Positions 1 to 11,866 of a DNA stretch of 64,000 bases are shown one piece after another. The position numbers and the translations under genes are program-made. The notes beneath the pieces are model-generated. The model was not told the origin of the DNA and did not search any database. It saw only the letters and a list, made by a program, of their open reading frames with translations. Each line of letters begins with the position of its first letter. The first letter of the stretch is position 1. This DNA is from an uncultured cyanobacterium (GTDB lineage Bacteria > Cyanobacteriota > Cyanobacteriia > Cyanobacteriales > Cyanobacteriaceae): the NCBI GenBank assembly GCA_963710605.1, contig CAVQBA010000006.1, positions 544,001 through 608,000 of the forward strand, in the 5' to 3' direction.

Positions 1-259
1 GTTGAGAAGAAAACTCAATTTCTACCCTTCCTGTAGGTTTAGATTCATCCCATTGGATATATTGAATATCAACTCCTCTATCCGCCAAAATATCAAATAT
101 TTCTTCTCCTAATTCATCCTCACCAATTTTAGTTAACAAAGCTACTTGTGCACCTAATTGTACTCCGTGAACCGCAAAATTTAAAGGTGCACCTCCTAAG
201 ACTTTTTGCTCAGGAAAATAGTCAAATAAAGCTTCACCAATGGACAAAATTTTAGTCAT
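1..259 (-). CDS. PfkB-family carbohydrate kinase (fructokinase-like), 5' part; runs off the window edge
   Basis: Manual translation MTKILSIGEALFDYFPEQKVLGGAPLNFAVHGVQLGAQVALLTKIGEDELG contains the PfkB GGAPxN and G.D..G motifs. Confidence 0.85.
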   Translation of the reverse strand, partial: MTKILSIGEALFDYFPEQKVLGGAPLNFAVHGVQLGAQVALLTKIGEDELGEEIFDILADRGVDIQYIQWDESKPTGRVEIEFSSQ

Positions 260-481
260 AATTGTTGATCATGATTCTCGTTGATATATAATAATGTTAT
301 TACTTTATAAATATATAAAACACGACAAATATATTATTTATTTTATGTCTATTAGGACAATTATATTAGATTATTCTCGCTTTCTGGAAAGTCAAAATAC
401 TAATTTATTAATTTTTTGTTTTAGTTAAATAGATAAAATTAATTAAATAATACTACATCTTATTTAGACAATAGTTACTAC

Positions 482-2421
482 TTGTTGTTTTCGACGCTAA
501 TGAATCAATCATTAATTTTAAGTTTAATTTTTTGTGGTGCTTTAACTATGTTATTAGGCATTATAGAAACAAATGTTATTTTTGAATATCTCCGTAGGAG
601 TAATTATCAACAATATTGGAAAAATCTAAGATATTTAATGATTTTCTTCCTTTTTGGTTATATTATTACTTTTGGTTTATTTATATTTGAACAATACGCT
701 ATTTTACTTCTATTAATGGGAGTTATTTTCTTTTTAGGAGCTTTATTTGTACTTTTTGTTGTCAAAATAAGTTTATTAAGCATGAAAGATTTAACTAAAT
801 CAATTTCACGCAGAGTAGAATTAGAGCAAGAAAAAGAAAAAATTAAAGCAGTTAACTATGAAAAATCGCTTTTTTTAGCAACTATGAGTCACGAAATTAG
901 GACTCCAATGAATGCTATTTTGGGAATGACTAATTTATTGTTACTAGATACTCAAATATCAGATGAACAAAAAGACTTATTAGAAATAGTTAAAACTAGT
1001 AGTGATAGTCTCTTAGTAATCATTAACGATATTCTCGATTTTTCAAGATTAGAATCAGGAACAATAACTATTCAAAAAACCTTTTTTAATTTACGTAATT
1101 GCGTAGAAAATATAATCGATCTGGTTAATATTCAAGTAGAAGAAAAACAACTATTATTATGCTTTAAAATAGATAAAAACGTTCCTGATTTAATTTGTAC
1201 TGATGAAAATCGTTTACGTCAAGTATTGTTAAATTTAATTAATAATGCCATTAAGTTTACCGAAAAAGGCGAAATTATTTTGCTAGTAAGTAAACAGTCA
1301 GATGAAAAGATTTTGTTTACTATTCAAGATACAGGTATTGGTATTTCAGAAGCAAGTTTATCTAAATTGTTTAAACCTTTTTCTCAAGTAGATTTTTCCG
1401 CTAATCGCAAATTTGAAGGTACTGGTTTAGGTTTAGCAATTAGTCAGAAACTAATTGAAATTTTAGAAGGTAAAATTTGGGTAGAAAGTCAATTTCAAAA
1501 AGGAACAATTTTTTATTTTAATATTGATGCTAAAACTACTTTTTCTACTTCTTTTGCCACAAAAAGTATCAAAAATAAAGCTACTCAATTTAAACATAAA
1601 AAAATATTAATTATTTGTCCCCCTAATGATTACTTTTATGATTTTATTATCCAACAATTATTAGATTGGGATATGTATATTATTCACTTACATTCTAGTA
1701 AAAAGGCTTTAAATAATTTAACTATTACTAAAACTCATTACGATACTGTCTTGATAAGTGAATATATTTATCGAATATCTAGCTGGGAAATTCAGCAAGA
1801 ATTACAACAGTGGCATCAGTCAACTCAAATTCCTTTTATTTTGGTAGCTAAAAGCCAAGCAAATGCTCATGATTTGGTCGATATTTTCCAAATCAATTAG
1901 TCTCTCCGATTAAACGAAAAAAATTTATGAATATTTTAGCTCAAAGTTTGAATATCAATGATGACAATCAGCAATATATTGATAAAAGTCTCAAAGATAA
2001 CTCAAATTTAAATGAAAATATTTTATCTTCTCTATTTCCTTTAAATATTTTGGTTGCTGAAGACAATAAGTTTAATCAAAAGTTAGCTAAGTTAGTATTT
2101 TTAAAATTAGGTTATTCAGTTGATATTGCCGATAATGGTTTAAATGTTTTAGAAAAAATGAAAGACAAAAACTATGATTTTGTTTTTATGGATATTTCGA
2201 TGCCCATAATGGATGGATTTGAAACTACTAGTTTGATTCTAGAACAAGAATACGATCGAAAACCAGTCATTGTTGCTATGACAGCTAATGTGATGAAAGA
2301 AGTTCAAAATAAATGTTTTAATGTCGGTATGAAAGACTTTATCCCTAAACCAATAAAACTTGAAGAAATTGAAAGAGTAATTCGTCAATGGGCAGGAGAA
2401 CAATTGACAATTGACAATTGA
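482..2421 (+). CDS. Membrane hybrid histidine kinase (TM-HisKA-HATPase-REC), split by a frameshift near 1885
   Basis: H-box MSHEIRTPMN, N-box NLINNAIKFT and GTGLGL in ORF 482-1900; receiver domain (AEDN...FMDISMP...KP) in 1927-2421; one extra T in the TTTT run joins them via NQLVSPIKRKKF. Confidence 0.85.
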
Positions 2422-2467
2422 CAGTTGACAATTAATATGGGCAAACTAGAAATATAAATATCGATCG

Positions 2468-2713
2468 ATGAAATTAATTCTTTATAGTAAACCGGGATGT
2501 CATTTATGTGAGGGATTAGAAGAAAAAATCAAGCAAATCGAAAATGTAGAATTAGAAATAAGAAATATCACGACTAACGACGATTGGTGGCAAAAATATC
2601 AGTACGAAATTCCTGTTTTATACAAAGTTACCTCAACACAACCAAGATTAATTCCTCGCTTATCTCCACGTATATCGGTTACTCAATTAAATAAAACACT
2701 ACAAAAATATTAA
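2468..2713 (+). CDS. Glutaredoxin-like protein (DUF836/NrdH-like)
   Basis: CHLC (CxxC) motif and YEIPVL. Confidence 0.85.
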   Translation: MKLILYSKPGCHLCEGLEEKIKQIENVELEIRNITTNDDWWQKYQYEIPVLYKVTSTQPRLIPRLSPRISVTQLNKTLQKY

Positions 2714-4125
2714 TTATTATTATTGTTTTCAATCGTTTCTAATCTTAATTGATTTCGACCGTTATTTTTAGCTTGATATAAAGCACTATCTGCTTTTTTA
2801 ATTAATAATTTGAGTAATAAGCTTTGATTAAGACTAGAAGTCGGAAAAATAGAAGTTAATCCCAAACTAAGAGTAATATGACTAGCAATAGAAGACTTTT
2901 GATGAGGAATATTAAGCGATTCAACTTGCTGACGCATTGTTTGAGCAATTTGTGTAGCATCTTCTAACGAAGCATTAGGTAAAATAATCGCAAACTCTTC
3001 ACCGCCATAACGAGCAGTTAGATGAGAATGACGTTGGGCTATACTATCTAATGTTTGAGCAATTTGAATTAAACATTCATCACCTTTTTGATGTCCATAA
3101 AAATCATTATAGTCTTTAAAAAAATCAACATCGCAAATAATTAATGATAAAGGCTGTTTTTGTCGGCTACATTTTTGCCATTGTTTTTTTAAAATTAAAT
3201 CGAAAGAATGTCGATTATAAACATTAGTCAAACTATCGGTAGTTGCTAGTTTATTTAGTTTTAATTCTAGTTGTTTTTTCTTGGTTATATCTCTAACCGT
3301 AATTGAAAAACCATCTCCTAATTTAACTACTATATAATGAAACCATTTACGCTTTTGTTTATAGTGATATTCTCTTTCTTCGTCTAAAGGTATTCCTGTT
3401 TCGACAACATCAATCAGTGCTGGAAATAATTGAGGATTGACTTTATTGATAAATTTTTTAACCACTAATCTACCTGTCAAATCTTCAGCTTCTCGTTCAA
3501 ATGTTTTGGCAATTATCGGATTGACAACTAAACAACGAAAATCTTCTATTTCACCTGTGATTGGATTTCTAACGGCTTCAACTGCGGCAATGGCATCTAA
3601 AGAAGAATTAAGTATGCTAGAAATAATTGCTCTTGATTGATATAAAATTGCTTCGGTTTCTTTTCTTTGTCTTATTTCTTGAATGAGAATTTTTTGCTCT
3701 TTTTCTAAAAGTTTTTTTTGTGATTGAATTGTTAATTGGCTATTAATTCTCGCTAACACTTCTTCTTCTTGAAAAGGTTTGGATACATAATCTATTCCAC
3801 CAACTTCAAATGCTTTTACTTTATCAAAAACATCATTTAAAGCACTAATAAATATTATGGGTATATTTTCAGTTTTCGGGTTAGATTTAAGGATACTACA
3901 GACTTCATAACCGTCCATATCAGGCATCATGATATCTAATAAAATCAAATCAGGAGGGCTTGATTGAGCGGCTAAAATAGCAGTCTCACCATCAATTGCT
4001 TTTTTTACTTTATAATTTTTTCCTTTTAACATTTGTGATAAGACTTTCAAGTTAGCTGGTTTATCATCAACTAACAAAATACTTTCTATGTTACTATTTT
4101 CTGAATTTAATTCTGATAAACTCAT
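2710..4125 (-). CDS. Response-regulator diguanylate cyclase (REC-PAS-GGDEF)
   Basis: N-terminal REC (LVDD, DIMMP, KP), PAS-like middle, DVDFFK and RYGGEEF. Confidence 0.92.
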   Translation of the reverse strand: MSLSELNSENSNIESILLVDDKPANLKVLSQMLKGKNYKVKKAIDGETAILAAQSSPPDLILLDIMMPDMDGYEVCSILKSNPKTENIPIIFISALNDVFDKVKAFEVGGIDYVSKPFQEEEVLARINSQLTIQSQKKLLEKEQKILIQEIRQRKETEAILYQSRAIISSILNSSLDAIAAVEAVRNPITGEIEDFRCLVVNPIIAKTFEREAEDLTGRLVVKKFINKVNPQLFPALIDVVETGIPLDEEREYHYKQKRKWFHYIVVKLGDGFSITVRDITKKKQLELKLNKLATTDSLTNVYNRHSFDLILKKQWQKCSRQKQPLSLIICDVDFFKDYNDFYGHQKGDECLIQIAQTLDSIAQRHSHLTARYGGEEFAIILPNASLEDATQIAQTMRQQVESLNIPHQKSSIASHITLSLGLTSIFPTSSLNQSLLLKLLIKKADSALYQAKNNGRNQLRLETIENNNNN

Positions 4126-4191
4126 TTTCTTTTAATTTTCCCTATCGAAATATCTTAGTAATTAATAATTATTTGATTTATCTGAGGCAAA

Positions 4192-6999
4192 CTATTCAAT
4201 CAACTTTCTAATTTTGACTAACTGAAAATTATTAACTAATTGTGTTAGTTGACTGGCTAAACCATCGTATTGTGTCGGAATTTGTTTAATTAATTCTAAA
4301 ATTAAATCATCATCTAAATCAATCGATGCTTGATAAAGTTGATTTAACCAAGACTTAGACATAATTTGCAAATCTTCTTTCGTAATAATTTGATTTGAGA
4401 CTAGATTATTTTGGGGCAATTTTTCTTGATATATATACTTTACTCCTAAATGCCTGCCCATGGCATCAAAAATCACAGATTCTTGAAAAGGTTTACGAAT
4501 AAAATCATCACATCCTGCTGAAAGTATGACTGCTTTTTCTTCTTCTAAAACACTAGCAGTTAGAGCAATAATGGCGGTGGCATTACCTTTAGTTGTACTT
4601 TTAATATATTGAGTTGCCTCATAACCATCCATTACAGGCATACGCATATCCATCCAGATTAAATGAGGTTTCCATTCCTGCCAAATATTAATTGCTTCTA
4701 CTCCATTTTCTGCTTCTTGAAGTTCAAAACCTAACGGTTTTAAGATTTTAACTAATAACAATCGATTGACACGACAATCGTCAACTATCAAAATACGATA
4801 GATAGGTTGTCCAGATTGTAAACCAATTACCCGACGAGATTTTGGCGACTCAGGTATGTTAATTTCTAATGATTCAACTATTGTAGCCGTAACATCAAAA
4901 GAAAAAGTTGAACCTTCTTCTAATTGACTTTCTACATTAATATCACCTCCCATCAACTGAACAAATTTACGACTAATTGCTAAACCTAAACCTGTCCCTT
5001 CACGGCTATTCCTACCTACTTCTGTTTGGGTAAATGCTTCAAATATTTTAGATATTTCTGATGGGGCAATTCCTACTCCTGTATCTTCGATTTTAAACAA
5101 CACTTTGATTTGATTTACCGATAAATTGTCATCGTTTTGTGAATTTTGATTCATCACTGTAACTGTGACACTAACTCCTCCTTGTTGGGTAAATTTAAGC
5201 CCATTGTTAATTAAATTAATCAATACTTGACGGATTTTGGTTTCGTCAGTATTAATATAACGAGGAACATCACTTGCTATGTAAAAATTAAGTTGTAATT
5301 GTTGAGTTTCGGCTTTAAGTCGGAGTAAGTTTTCTACTTCTTCAATCAGACTATAAAGATCAAAATCTTTGGCATTTCTGCTTATTTTTCCTGCTTCTAT
5401 TTTCGATAAATCGAGAATATTATTGATCAAATTAAGTAGATAATTACCACTACGATTAATGATACTCACGTTCTCTAAATGTTCTGCGGGTAAAATATTC
5501 GATCGCATCATAATTTGCGAGAAGCCTAAAATCGCATTCATCGGTGTACGTAATTCATGACTCATATTTGCTAAAAAAATACTTTTAGTTTTATTTGCTA
5601 CTTCTGCTTTTTCTTTAGCGACGGCTAATTCTTTGTTACCTTGCTCAAGTTGTGAGCTAGATTTTTCTAATGAGTCGATAACTTGATTATAATGACTAGC
5701 AATATAGCCAACTTCAGTAAATGGTTCAACTGGTACTCTTAAACTAAGATCTTGACTCGTCGCTTGTTGATTCATTGTCGTCAGTAAATCATACAAATCT
5801 GTTTTTGCCCCGTGCTCAGATATATTTAAACCGATTCTTTCGTCTTCTGCACAGACTCGAAAAGGGAGAAAACGATTAATGATTGATAAAATTAACCAAC
5901 TCACTCCAAAACCCCAAGCAACACTCACACCAATCCCTAATAACTGGACTAAGAATTGCTCAAACGAACTTAAACCAGTTGCTAGTTTTTCTGTAGGTAC
6001 GAATAAAGCTACGGCTAAAACACCCCACATTCCCGCTCCACCATGAACTGCGATCGCATCAACGGCATCATCAATATGCTTACGCTCTAAAAAATCTTTA
6101 CACCAAAGCATGATATAAGCACCAATCGAACCGATAACCACTGCTTGAGGTGTAGAAACTAAATGACAACAAGCGGTAATAGAAACTAAGCCTGCGATCG
6201 TACCATTAATTAATAATTCTACTTCAGGCAACTTATATCTGTGCCAACCAAAAGCACAACCACTAATCATTCCTGCTACACCAGACATAAGAGTATTTAC
6301 TAAAATTTTAGCAACTTGAGTCTCAAAAGAAAATGCACTACCACCATTAAAGCCAAACCAACCTATCCACAACAACATCACCCCTAATACCGATAATGAT
6401 AGATTAGAACCGTTCATTTTACGAGTATATCCTGTCACCGAAAAACGTCCTTGACGAGGTCCTATTATTAGTAATAATGCTAAAGCAATCCAAGCACCGA
6501 TCGAATGAACTACACTACACCCAGCAAAATCAATAAATCCTAATTTACCTAACCAACCACTAAAGGTGTAATCATCATTAAAACCTAACCCATTCCATAC
6601 CCAATGACCAAAAAAAGGATATATCAAACCCGAAGTGATGATCGAAATTATCACATAAGCACTAAACTTCAATCTTTCAGCTACCGCCCCTGAAACAATG
6701 GTGGTAGTAGTGCTACAAAACATCACCTGAAATAAGAAAAAAGCACCTAATTCAAAATCATCACCTATATCTAAAATAAAACCACTAAAACCAAACCATC
6801 CTTGCCAACTTAAACCAAACATGATTGCATAACCGAATGCCCAAAATAACATTACCGATATGCCAAAATCAGCTAAATTTTTAATAGCTACATTAATATT
6901 GTTTTTCGATCGAGTTAAACCAGATTCTAAACACATAAAACCCGGTTGCATCAGAAAAACTAATCCTGCACAGATTAATACCCACTGTAAATCATTCAT
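4192..6999 (-). CDS. Ammonium transporter (Amt) fused to a HAMP-like linker, histidine kinase and receiver domain
   Basis: Amt motifs LMQPGF, DFAGCSVVH, WFGFNGGS, DDAVDAIAVHG; MSHELRTP H-box; C-terminal REC (WMDMRMP). Confidence 0.92.
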   Translation of the reverse strand: MNDLQWVLICAGLVFLMQPGFMCLESGLTRSKNNINVAIKNLADFGISVMLFWAFGYAIMFGLSWQGWFGFSGFILDIGDDFELGAFFLFQVMFCSTTTTIVSGAVAERLKFSAYVIISIITSGLIYPFFGHWVWNGLGFNDDYTFSGWLGKLGFIDFAGCSVVHSIGAWIALALLLIIGPRQGRFSVTGYTRKMNGSNLSLSVLGVMLLWIGWFGFNGGSAFSFETQVAKILVNTLMSGVAGMISGCAFGWHRYKLPEVELLINGTIAGLVSITACCHLVSTPQAVVIGSIGAYIMLWCKDFLERKHIDDAVDAIAVHGGAGMWGVLAVALFVPTEKLATGLSSFEQFLVQLLGIGVSVAWGFGVSWLILSIINRFLPFRVCAEDERIGLNISEHGAKTDLYDLLTTMNQQATSQDLSLRVPVEPFTEVGYIASHYNQVIDSLEKSSSQLEQGNKELAVAKEKAEVANKTKSIFLANMSHELRTPMNAILGFSQIMMRSNILPAEHLENVSIINRSGNYLLNLINNILDLSKIEAGKISRNAKDFDLYSLIEEVENLLRLKAETQQLQLNFYIASDVPRYINTDETKIRQVLINLINNGLKFTQQGGVSVTVTVMNQNSQNDDNLSVNQIKVLFKIEDTGVGIAPSEISKIFEAFTQTEVGRNSREGTGLGLAISRKFVQLMGGDINVESQLEEGSTFSFDVTATIVESLEINIPESPKSRRVIGLQSGQPIYRILIVDDCRVNRLLLVKILKPLGFELQEAENGVEAINIWQEWKPHLIWMDMRMPVMDGYEATQYIKSTTKGNATAIIALTASVLEEEKAVILSAGCDDFIRKPFQESVIFDAMGRHLGVKYIYQEKLPQNNLVSNQIITKEDLQIMSKSWLNQLYQASIDLDDDLILELIKQIPTQYDGLASQLTQLVNNFQLVKIRKLIE

Positions 7000-7336
7000 G
7001 AGAAATAATTACTAAATGATCTCTTAAAATTTGTTGGTCAATCACGTTTATCAAAAATTAAAGGGCAAGGGGCAAAGGGCAAAGGGCAAAGGTAATTTTT
7101 TCACCGATACCTTTGTACGAGTGTCCATTATACGAGTGTCCTTCAATTGACGGTTCTAATTTGCCAAGAGATTTAATCTTTATAATAGCTAAAAAATAAA
7201 TAAGTCAAACCTTTTATTGATCACAAAAACAAAACAACTGAAAAGGAAAATCAAAAGTCTAATACTTTAAATTTAGGTAATTCTCAATTCTCAATATATA
7301 CTCTTAGTTATTAGTGAATTTATTTATATTGACAAG

Positions 7337-8716
7337 GTGAGCAAAAAACAAACTTGGAGCGATCGTTTTGAAACATCATTAAACCCAATTATTGCTGAAT
7401 TTAACGCCAGTATTGGTTTTGATATTGAATTAATTGAATATGATTTGACTGGTTCGACTGCCCACGCCAAAATGTTAGGGCATACAGGTATTATTACCAA
7501 AGAAGAAGCTGATACTTTAATTGAGGGTTTGGAAAAAATTCGTCAAGAATATCGCTCAGGTAATTTTAACCCCGGAATTGACCAAGAAGATGTCCATTTT
7601 GCAGTGGAAAGACGCTTAACCGAACTGGTTGGCGATGTCGGTAAAAAGCTCCATACAGCTCGTTCTCGCAATGATCAAGTAGGTACAGATATTCGCCTCT
7701 ATTTAAGAGATCAAATTCAACAAATTCAAGTCTTGTTAAAAGATTGGCAACAGGCTTTACTTACTCATGCCGAAAATCATGTCGAGACTTTAATTCCTGG
7801 TTATACACATCTACAACGGGCACAACCGATTAGTTTAGCCCATCACCTGATGGCTTATTGTCAGATGGCACAACGAGACTGGGAAAGATTAGAGCAAATA
7901 TACGATCGTACTAATATATCTCCTCTTGGTAGTGGTGCATTAGCAGGTACTACTTTTCCTATCGATCGTCATTTTACCGCAAAGGAGCTTGATTTTAGTT
8001 CTGTATATGAGAATAGCTTAGATGGTGTCAGCGATCGAGATTTTGCGATCGAATTTTTATGTGCCTCTAGTTTGATTATGGTACACTTAAGTCGTATCAG
8101 TGAAGAGCTTATTTTATGGGGTTCAAAGGAATTTAGTTTTATTACCTTAAAAGACAACTGCTCTACAGGTTCAAGCATTATGCCTCAGAAAAAAAACCCT
8201 GATATTCCTGAGCTAGTTAGAGGTAAAACAGGACGAGTTTTTGGGCATCTACAAGCTTTGTTAACCATAATGAAAGGTTTGCCCCTTGCCTACAACAAAG
8301 ATTTACAAGAAGATAAAGAAGGTATCTTTGATACGGTTAAAACTATCAAGGGTAGTTTGACGGCGATGACTATTTTATTTAATGAAGGATTAGAATTCAA
8401 GACTCAACGTTTAGAAGAAGCGGTTAATGAAGATTTTTCTAATGCAACAGATGTGGCTGATTATCTAGCAGGTAAAGGTGTACCTTTTAGAGAGGCTTAT
8501 AACTTAGTTGGTAAGGTAGTCAAAACTAGTTTGGCTGACGGTAAATTGCTTAAAGATTTAACATTGTCACAATGGCAAGAATTGCATCCTGCTTTTGAAA
8601 ATGACATTTATGAAGCGATCGCACCGAGACAGGTGGTGTCTGCTCGCAAAAGCTATGGTGGTACAGGATTTGAACCCGTTAGACAAGCGATCGCTAATTT
8701 GAAAAAGAAAATGTAG
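7337..8716 (+). CDS. argH: Argininosuccinate lyase
   Basis: [20 protein letters not shown] and [12 protein letters not shown] signatures. Confidence 0.97.
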   Translation: MSKKQTWSDRFETSLNPIIAEFNASIGFDIELIEYDLTGSTAHAKMLGHTGIITKEEADTLIEGLEKIRQEYRSGNFNPGIDQEDVHFAVERRLTELVGDVGKKLHTARSRNDQVGTDIRLYLRDQIQQIQVLLKDWQQALLTHAENHVETLIPGYTHLQRAQPISLAHHLMAYCQMAQRDWERLEQIYDRTNISPLGSGALAGTTFPIDRHFTAKELDFSSVYENSLDGVSDRDFAIEFLCASSLIMVHLSRISEELILWGSKEFSFITLKDNCSTGSSIMPQKKNPDIPELVRGKTGRVFGHLQALLTIMKGLPLAYNKDLQEDKEGIFDTVKTIKGSLTAMTILFNEGLEFKTQRLEEAVNEDFSNATDVADYLAGKGVPFREAYNLVGKVVKTSLADGKLLKDLTLSQWQELHPAFENDIYEAIAPRQVVSARKSYGGTGFEPVRQAIANLKKKM

Positions 8717-8860
8717 TTTTAGCAATTGACAATTGATAATTGACAGTTGACAATTACTTTTTAATTATTATGTGGGGTGGGTAATGCCCACCATTTATTT
8801 TTGATTGTTAAAATGAATATATTTATTGGCTTTTAAAACACTTATTAATTAATCAAAATC

Positions 8861-10420
8861 ATGAATAAAAAATACTATTCTTGGTTTTATATTTTTGTCG
8901 GTATTGTTATTTGCTTGGGAATTTTTTTTCGAGTAGTAAATATTGATAAAAAAGTATATTGGCATGATGAGGTACATACTTCGATTCGAGTAGCGGGTTA
9001 TTCATCCGAAGAAGTTGCACCAGAGCTTTTTACTGGTAAAATTATCACAGTCAAACAATTATTAAAATATCAAAAAGTATCTTCAAATAAAAGTTTTAAT
9101 GATGCCATAAATGCTTTTGTTGAACATCCAGAGCATCCACCTTTATATTATATTTCACAACGATTTTGGCAACAATTATTTGGTAATTCGATCGTTTCTT
9201 ATCGTAGTCTGTCCGCTTTATTTGGTATTTTAATTTTGCCTGCTATTTATTGGTTTAGTTGGGAGTTATTCGGTTCGATTCAAATATCATTAATAGCTAC
9301 AACTTTGATAGCTGTTTCTCCATTACAGATACTTTATGCTCAAGAAGCAAGACAATATAGTTTATGGATATTACTAACTATTATCAATAGTTTATTTTTT
9401 ATTAAAGCTCTGAAAACTAAAAAAGTATTACCTTGGAGTTTTTATTTAGTAACTTCTATTTTTAGTTTTTATACTTCTTTATTATCAACTTTACTTTTAA
9501 TAGTTCAAGTAGTTTATTTAATTTTCAATCAAGATATTAAAAAATATAATAATTGGTTTAAGTTTATTATTTGTGCTTTAATTACAATAGTTTGTTTTAT
9601 TCCTTGGATACAAGTAATTATAATTAATTACGATAAAATGAAAGGGGCTACAGATTGGTTAAAACAAGATAAATCACTATTAGAATTAAACAATGGTTGG
9701 GGTGTTAATTTTGGTCGTCTTTTTGCCGATTTTAGTTTTGCTCAATACAATCGTTGGAGTGATTTAATTGTTATTTTTGCTTATATATTAATTATATTTA
9801 GTAGCTTTTATTTACTAAAAAATACGTCTAAAAATATATGGCTTTACTTAGTTTTACTGTTCGTAATTCCTTTTTTGACTTTAGCTATTCCTGATATTAT
9901 ATCTGGTAGTGTTCGATCGACTGTTACTAGATATTTAGTTGCTTATTACATCAGTATTCCTTTAATTATTAGTTACTGGTTGGCTAGTAATATTACCAAA
10001 AGTAAAAATCCTCGATCGTGGTTATTGATTTATATTTTTATTATCACTGTTGGTATTATGTCTAATCTTGATATTATGCAACAAGTAACTTGGTGGAATA
10101 AATCTCTAGGTTATCAAACTAATTATATTACTCACCAGATTAATCAATTAGACAAACCATTAATCATGATCGAGCAAAGAGGTATTAGTATTGGTATTAT
10201 TACATCGATCGCTCATACTCTCACGCCAACGACAAGTTTGTTACTTATAAATGGTGATACACAGTTAGAAACAGAAAAAAACTTTAATCATCTTTTCGTC
10301 ATTAATCCTTCATCAGAATTGATAACTAAGGTAGAAGATACTTATCAGAAAAAACTCAACAATAATTATAAGCAAGAATCTTTTGATAATCCTGCTGTCT
10401 ATTACCTTGAAATTAATTAA
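8861..10420 (+). CDS. Membrane glycosyltransferase (GT-C fold, family 39/PMT-like)
   Basis: YWHDE, HPPLYY, YAQEARQYSL and many TM helices. Confidence 0.82.
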   Translation: MNKKYYSWFYIFVGIVICLGIFFRVVNIDKKVYWHDEVHTSIRVAGYSSEEVAPELFTGKIITVKQLLKYQKVSSNKSFNDAINAFVEHPEHPPLYYISQRFWQQLFGNSIVSYRSLSALFGILILPAIYWFSWELFGSIQISLIATTLIAVSPLQILYAQEARQYSLWILLTIINSLFFIKALKTKKVLPWSFYLVTSIFSFYTSLLSTLLLIVQVVYLIFNQDIKKYNNWFKFIICALITIVCFIPWIQVIIINYDKMKGATDWLKQDKSLLELNNGWGVNFGRLFADFSFAQYNRWSDLIVIFAYILIIFSSFYLLKNTSKNIWLYLVLLFVIPFLTLAIPDIISGSVRSTVTRYLVAYYISIPLIISYWLASNITKSKNPRSWLLIYIFIITVGIMSNLDIMQQVTWWNKSLGYQTNYITHQINQLDKPLIMIEQRGISIGIITSIAHTLTPTTSLLLINGDTQLETEKNFNHLFVINPSSELITKVEDTYQKKLNNNYKQESFDNPAVYYLEIN

Positions 10421-10436
10421 TGTTTTGCCTATCAAT

Positions 10437-10702
10437 AAAATAAAGTCTAACTAGCTTGATTATTGCCTCTGAATCGTCACGAACACTATGGTATTACTAG
10501 ATGATTACGCATCTTGAGGGTCATAAATACGATCGATTTTTTACTTGTGAAGAAGTTGCGGTTAAAGAAGGCAACCAATCACAACTTACTCTTAATAACT
10601 GCCACCAAGAAAATAAAGTCTAACTAGCTTGATTATTACCTCTAAATCGTCACGAACACTATGGTATTACTAGATGATTACGCATCTTGAGGGTCATAAA
10701 TA
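10437..10702. repeat. 93-bp direct repeat, 2 copies (10437-10529 and 10610-10702)
   Basis: Copies differ at 2 positions; CGATCG follows copy 1 directly. Confidence 0.9.
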
Positions 10703-10809
10703 TCATAATCAAAATTAAGTAAAAAAATCCGACTATGAGAGATTAATTATTCAATTACAAAGTCAAAAATAATTTTAATTTTATCGGCTTGATTATTGAT
10801 ACATATAAT

Positions 10810-11631
10810 CTACTTATTGTCAACTTTCTTTAATTTAGCTTTAGCATTCTGCCATAATGATTCTAATTCATCGATCGAATATTCGTTTAAGGGGCGAGAG
10901 GCGAATTTCTCCATGACAGATATTCGTTGAGTAAATCTTTGATTTGTACCTTGTAAAGCAATATCGGGGTTGATGTCATACCATCTAGCAATATTAATGA
11001 CGGTAAAAAGTAAATCACCTAATTCTTCGGTGGCGTGTTGTTTATCTCCTTCTTCTATAGCTTCGGTTAACTCAGCTAATTCTTCTCTAAATTTTTCCCA
11101 GACTCCTTCTACTGTCTCCCATTCAAATCCAGCTTTCGCCGCTTGTTTAGATATTTTAAGACTAGCTGTTAAAGCAGGAAAGGTACGCTGATAATTTTTG
11201 AGTTTATCACTTAATCAATCGGGTATATTAGCTTCTGCTTTTTCGGCTTGTTTAATTTTTTCCCAATTTTGATTAATTTCTTTTTCGTCTTTTACTTCTA
11301 CATCACCAAACACATGAGGATGACGGCGAATCAATTTATCAGTAATACTTTGGGCAACATCTTCTAAATTAAAATCACCATTATCTTGAGCAACTTGGGC
11401 TTGCAAAACCACTTGTAATAACAAGTCACCTAATTCTTCGGCGATATGAGTTTGATTTTGGGAATTAAGGGCATCAACAACTTCGTAAGCTTCTTCTAAG
11501 ACGTAGGGAATTAAAGATTCTTGAGTTTGTTTCAAATCCCATGGGCAACCATTTTCAGGATTTCTTAGTTGGGTGACTACTTCAATTAAATTAGTTAAGG
11601 CGATTGATATTTTTTGCTGATTTGGATTCAT
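10810..11631 (-). CDS. mazG: Nucleoside triphosphate pyrophosphohydrolase MazG, with an in-frame TGA at 11215-11217
   Basis: GCPWDLKQT, EEAYE, EELGDLLLQ; the same frame continues after TGA with GFEW...EELGDLLF...TNQRF to TAG at 10810. Confidence 0.88.
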
Positions 11632-11669
11632 TGAGATACGATCGTTCATAATACAATTCAAGGCTAACC

Positions 11670-11866
11670 ATATTCACGAATAATGAGCGTCAGGAGTGGA
11701 CATTTTATGTGCGTCTAACGCATCTGAGCGGGCTTCCATCGCAACAAGTAATACCTCTTTGCTTAAGAAAAGGATTCAAGCTCAAAAATAGGTGAGTGTT
11801 TCTTTTCGCCTCAATGGCGAGGCTTTAACTTATTACTTATTATTTAAGTAAGCCCGAAGGGGTTTG
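11670..11866 (-). mobile_element. Non-autonomous IS200/IS605-type remnant (left end plus hairpins)
   Basis: Minus strand reads TTAC|CAAA...TAAAGCCTCGCCATTGAGGCGA, the same layout as the left end of the TnpB element at 40431; the left boundary is approximate. Confidence 0.55.

Noticed and set aside
1880-1930. Genuine two-gene split of kinase and response regulator
   Set aside because: One extra T in a homopolymer joins them into a normal hybrid kinase, so it is probably an error.
10437-10702. Possible CRISPR array
   Set aside because: Only two 93-bp units, far too long for CRISPR repeats, and no cas genes.
11215-11217. Selenocysteine or read-through at the mazG TGA
   Set aside because: The position is a linker rather than a catalytic Cys, and no convincing SECIS-like hairpin follows.
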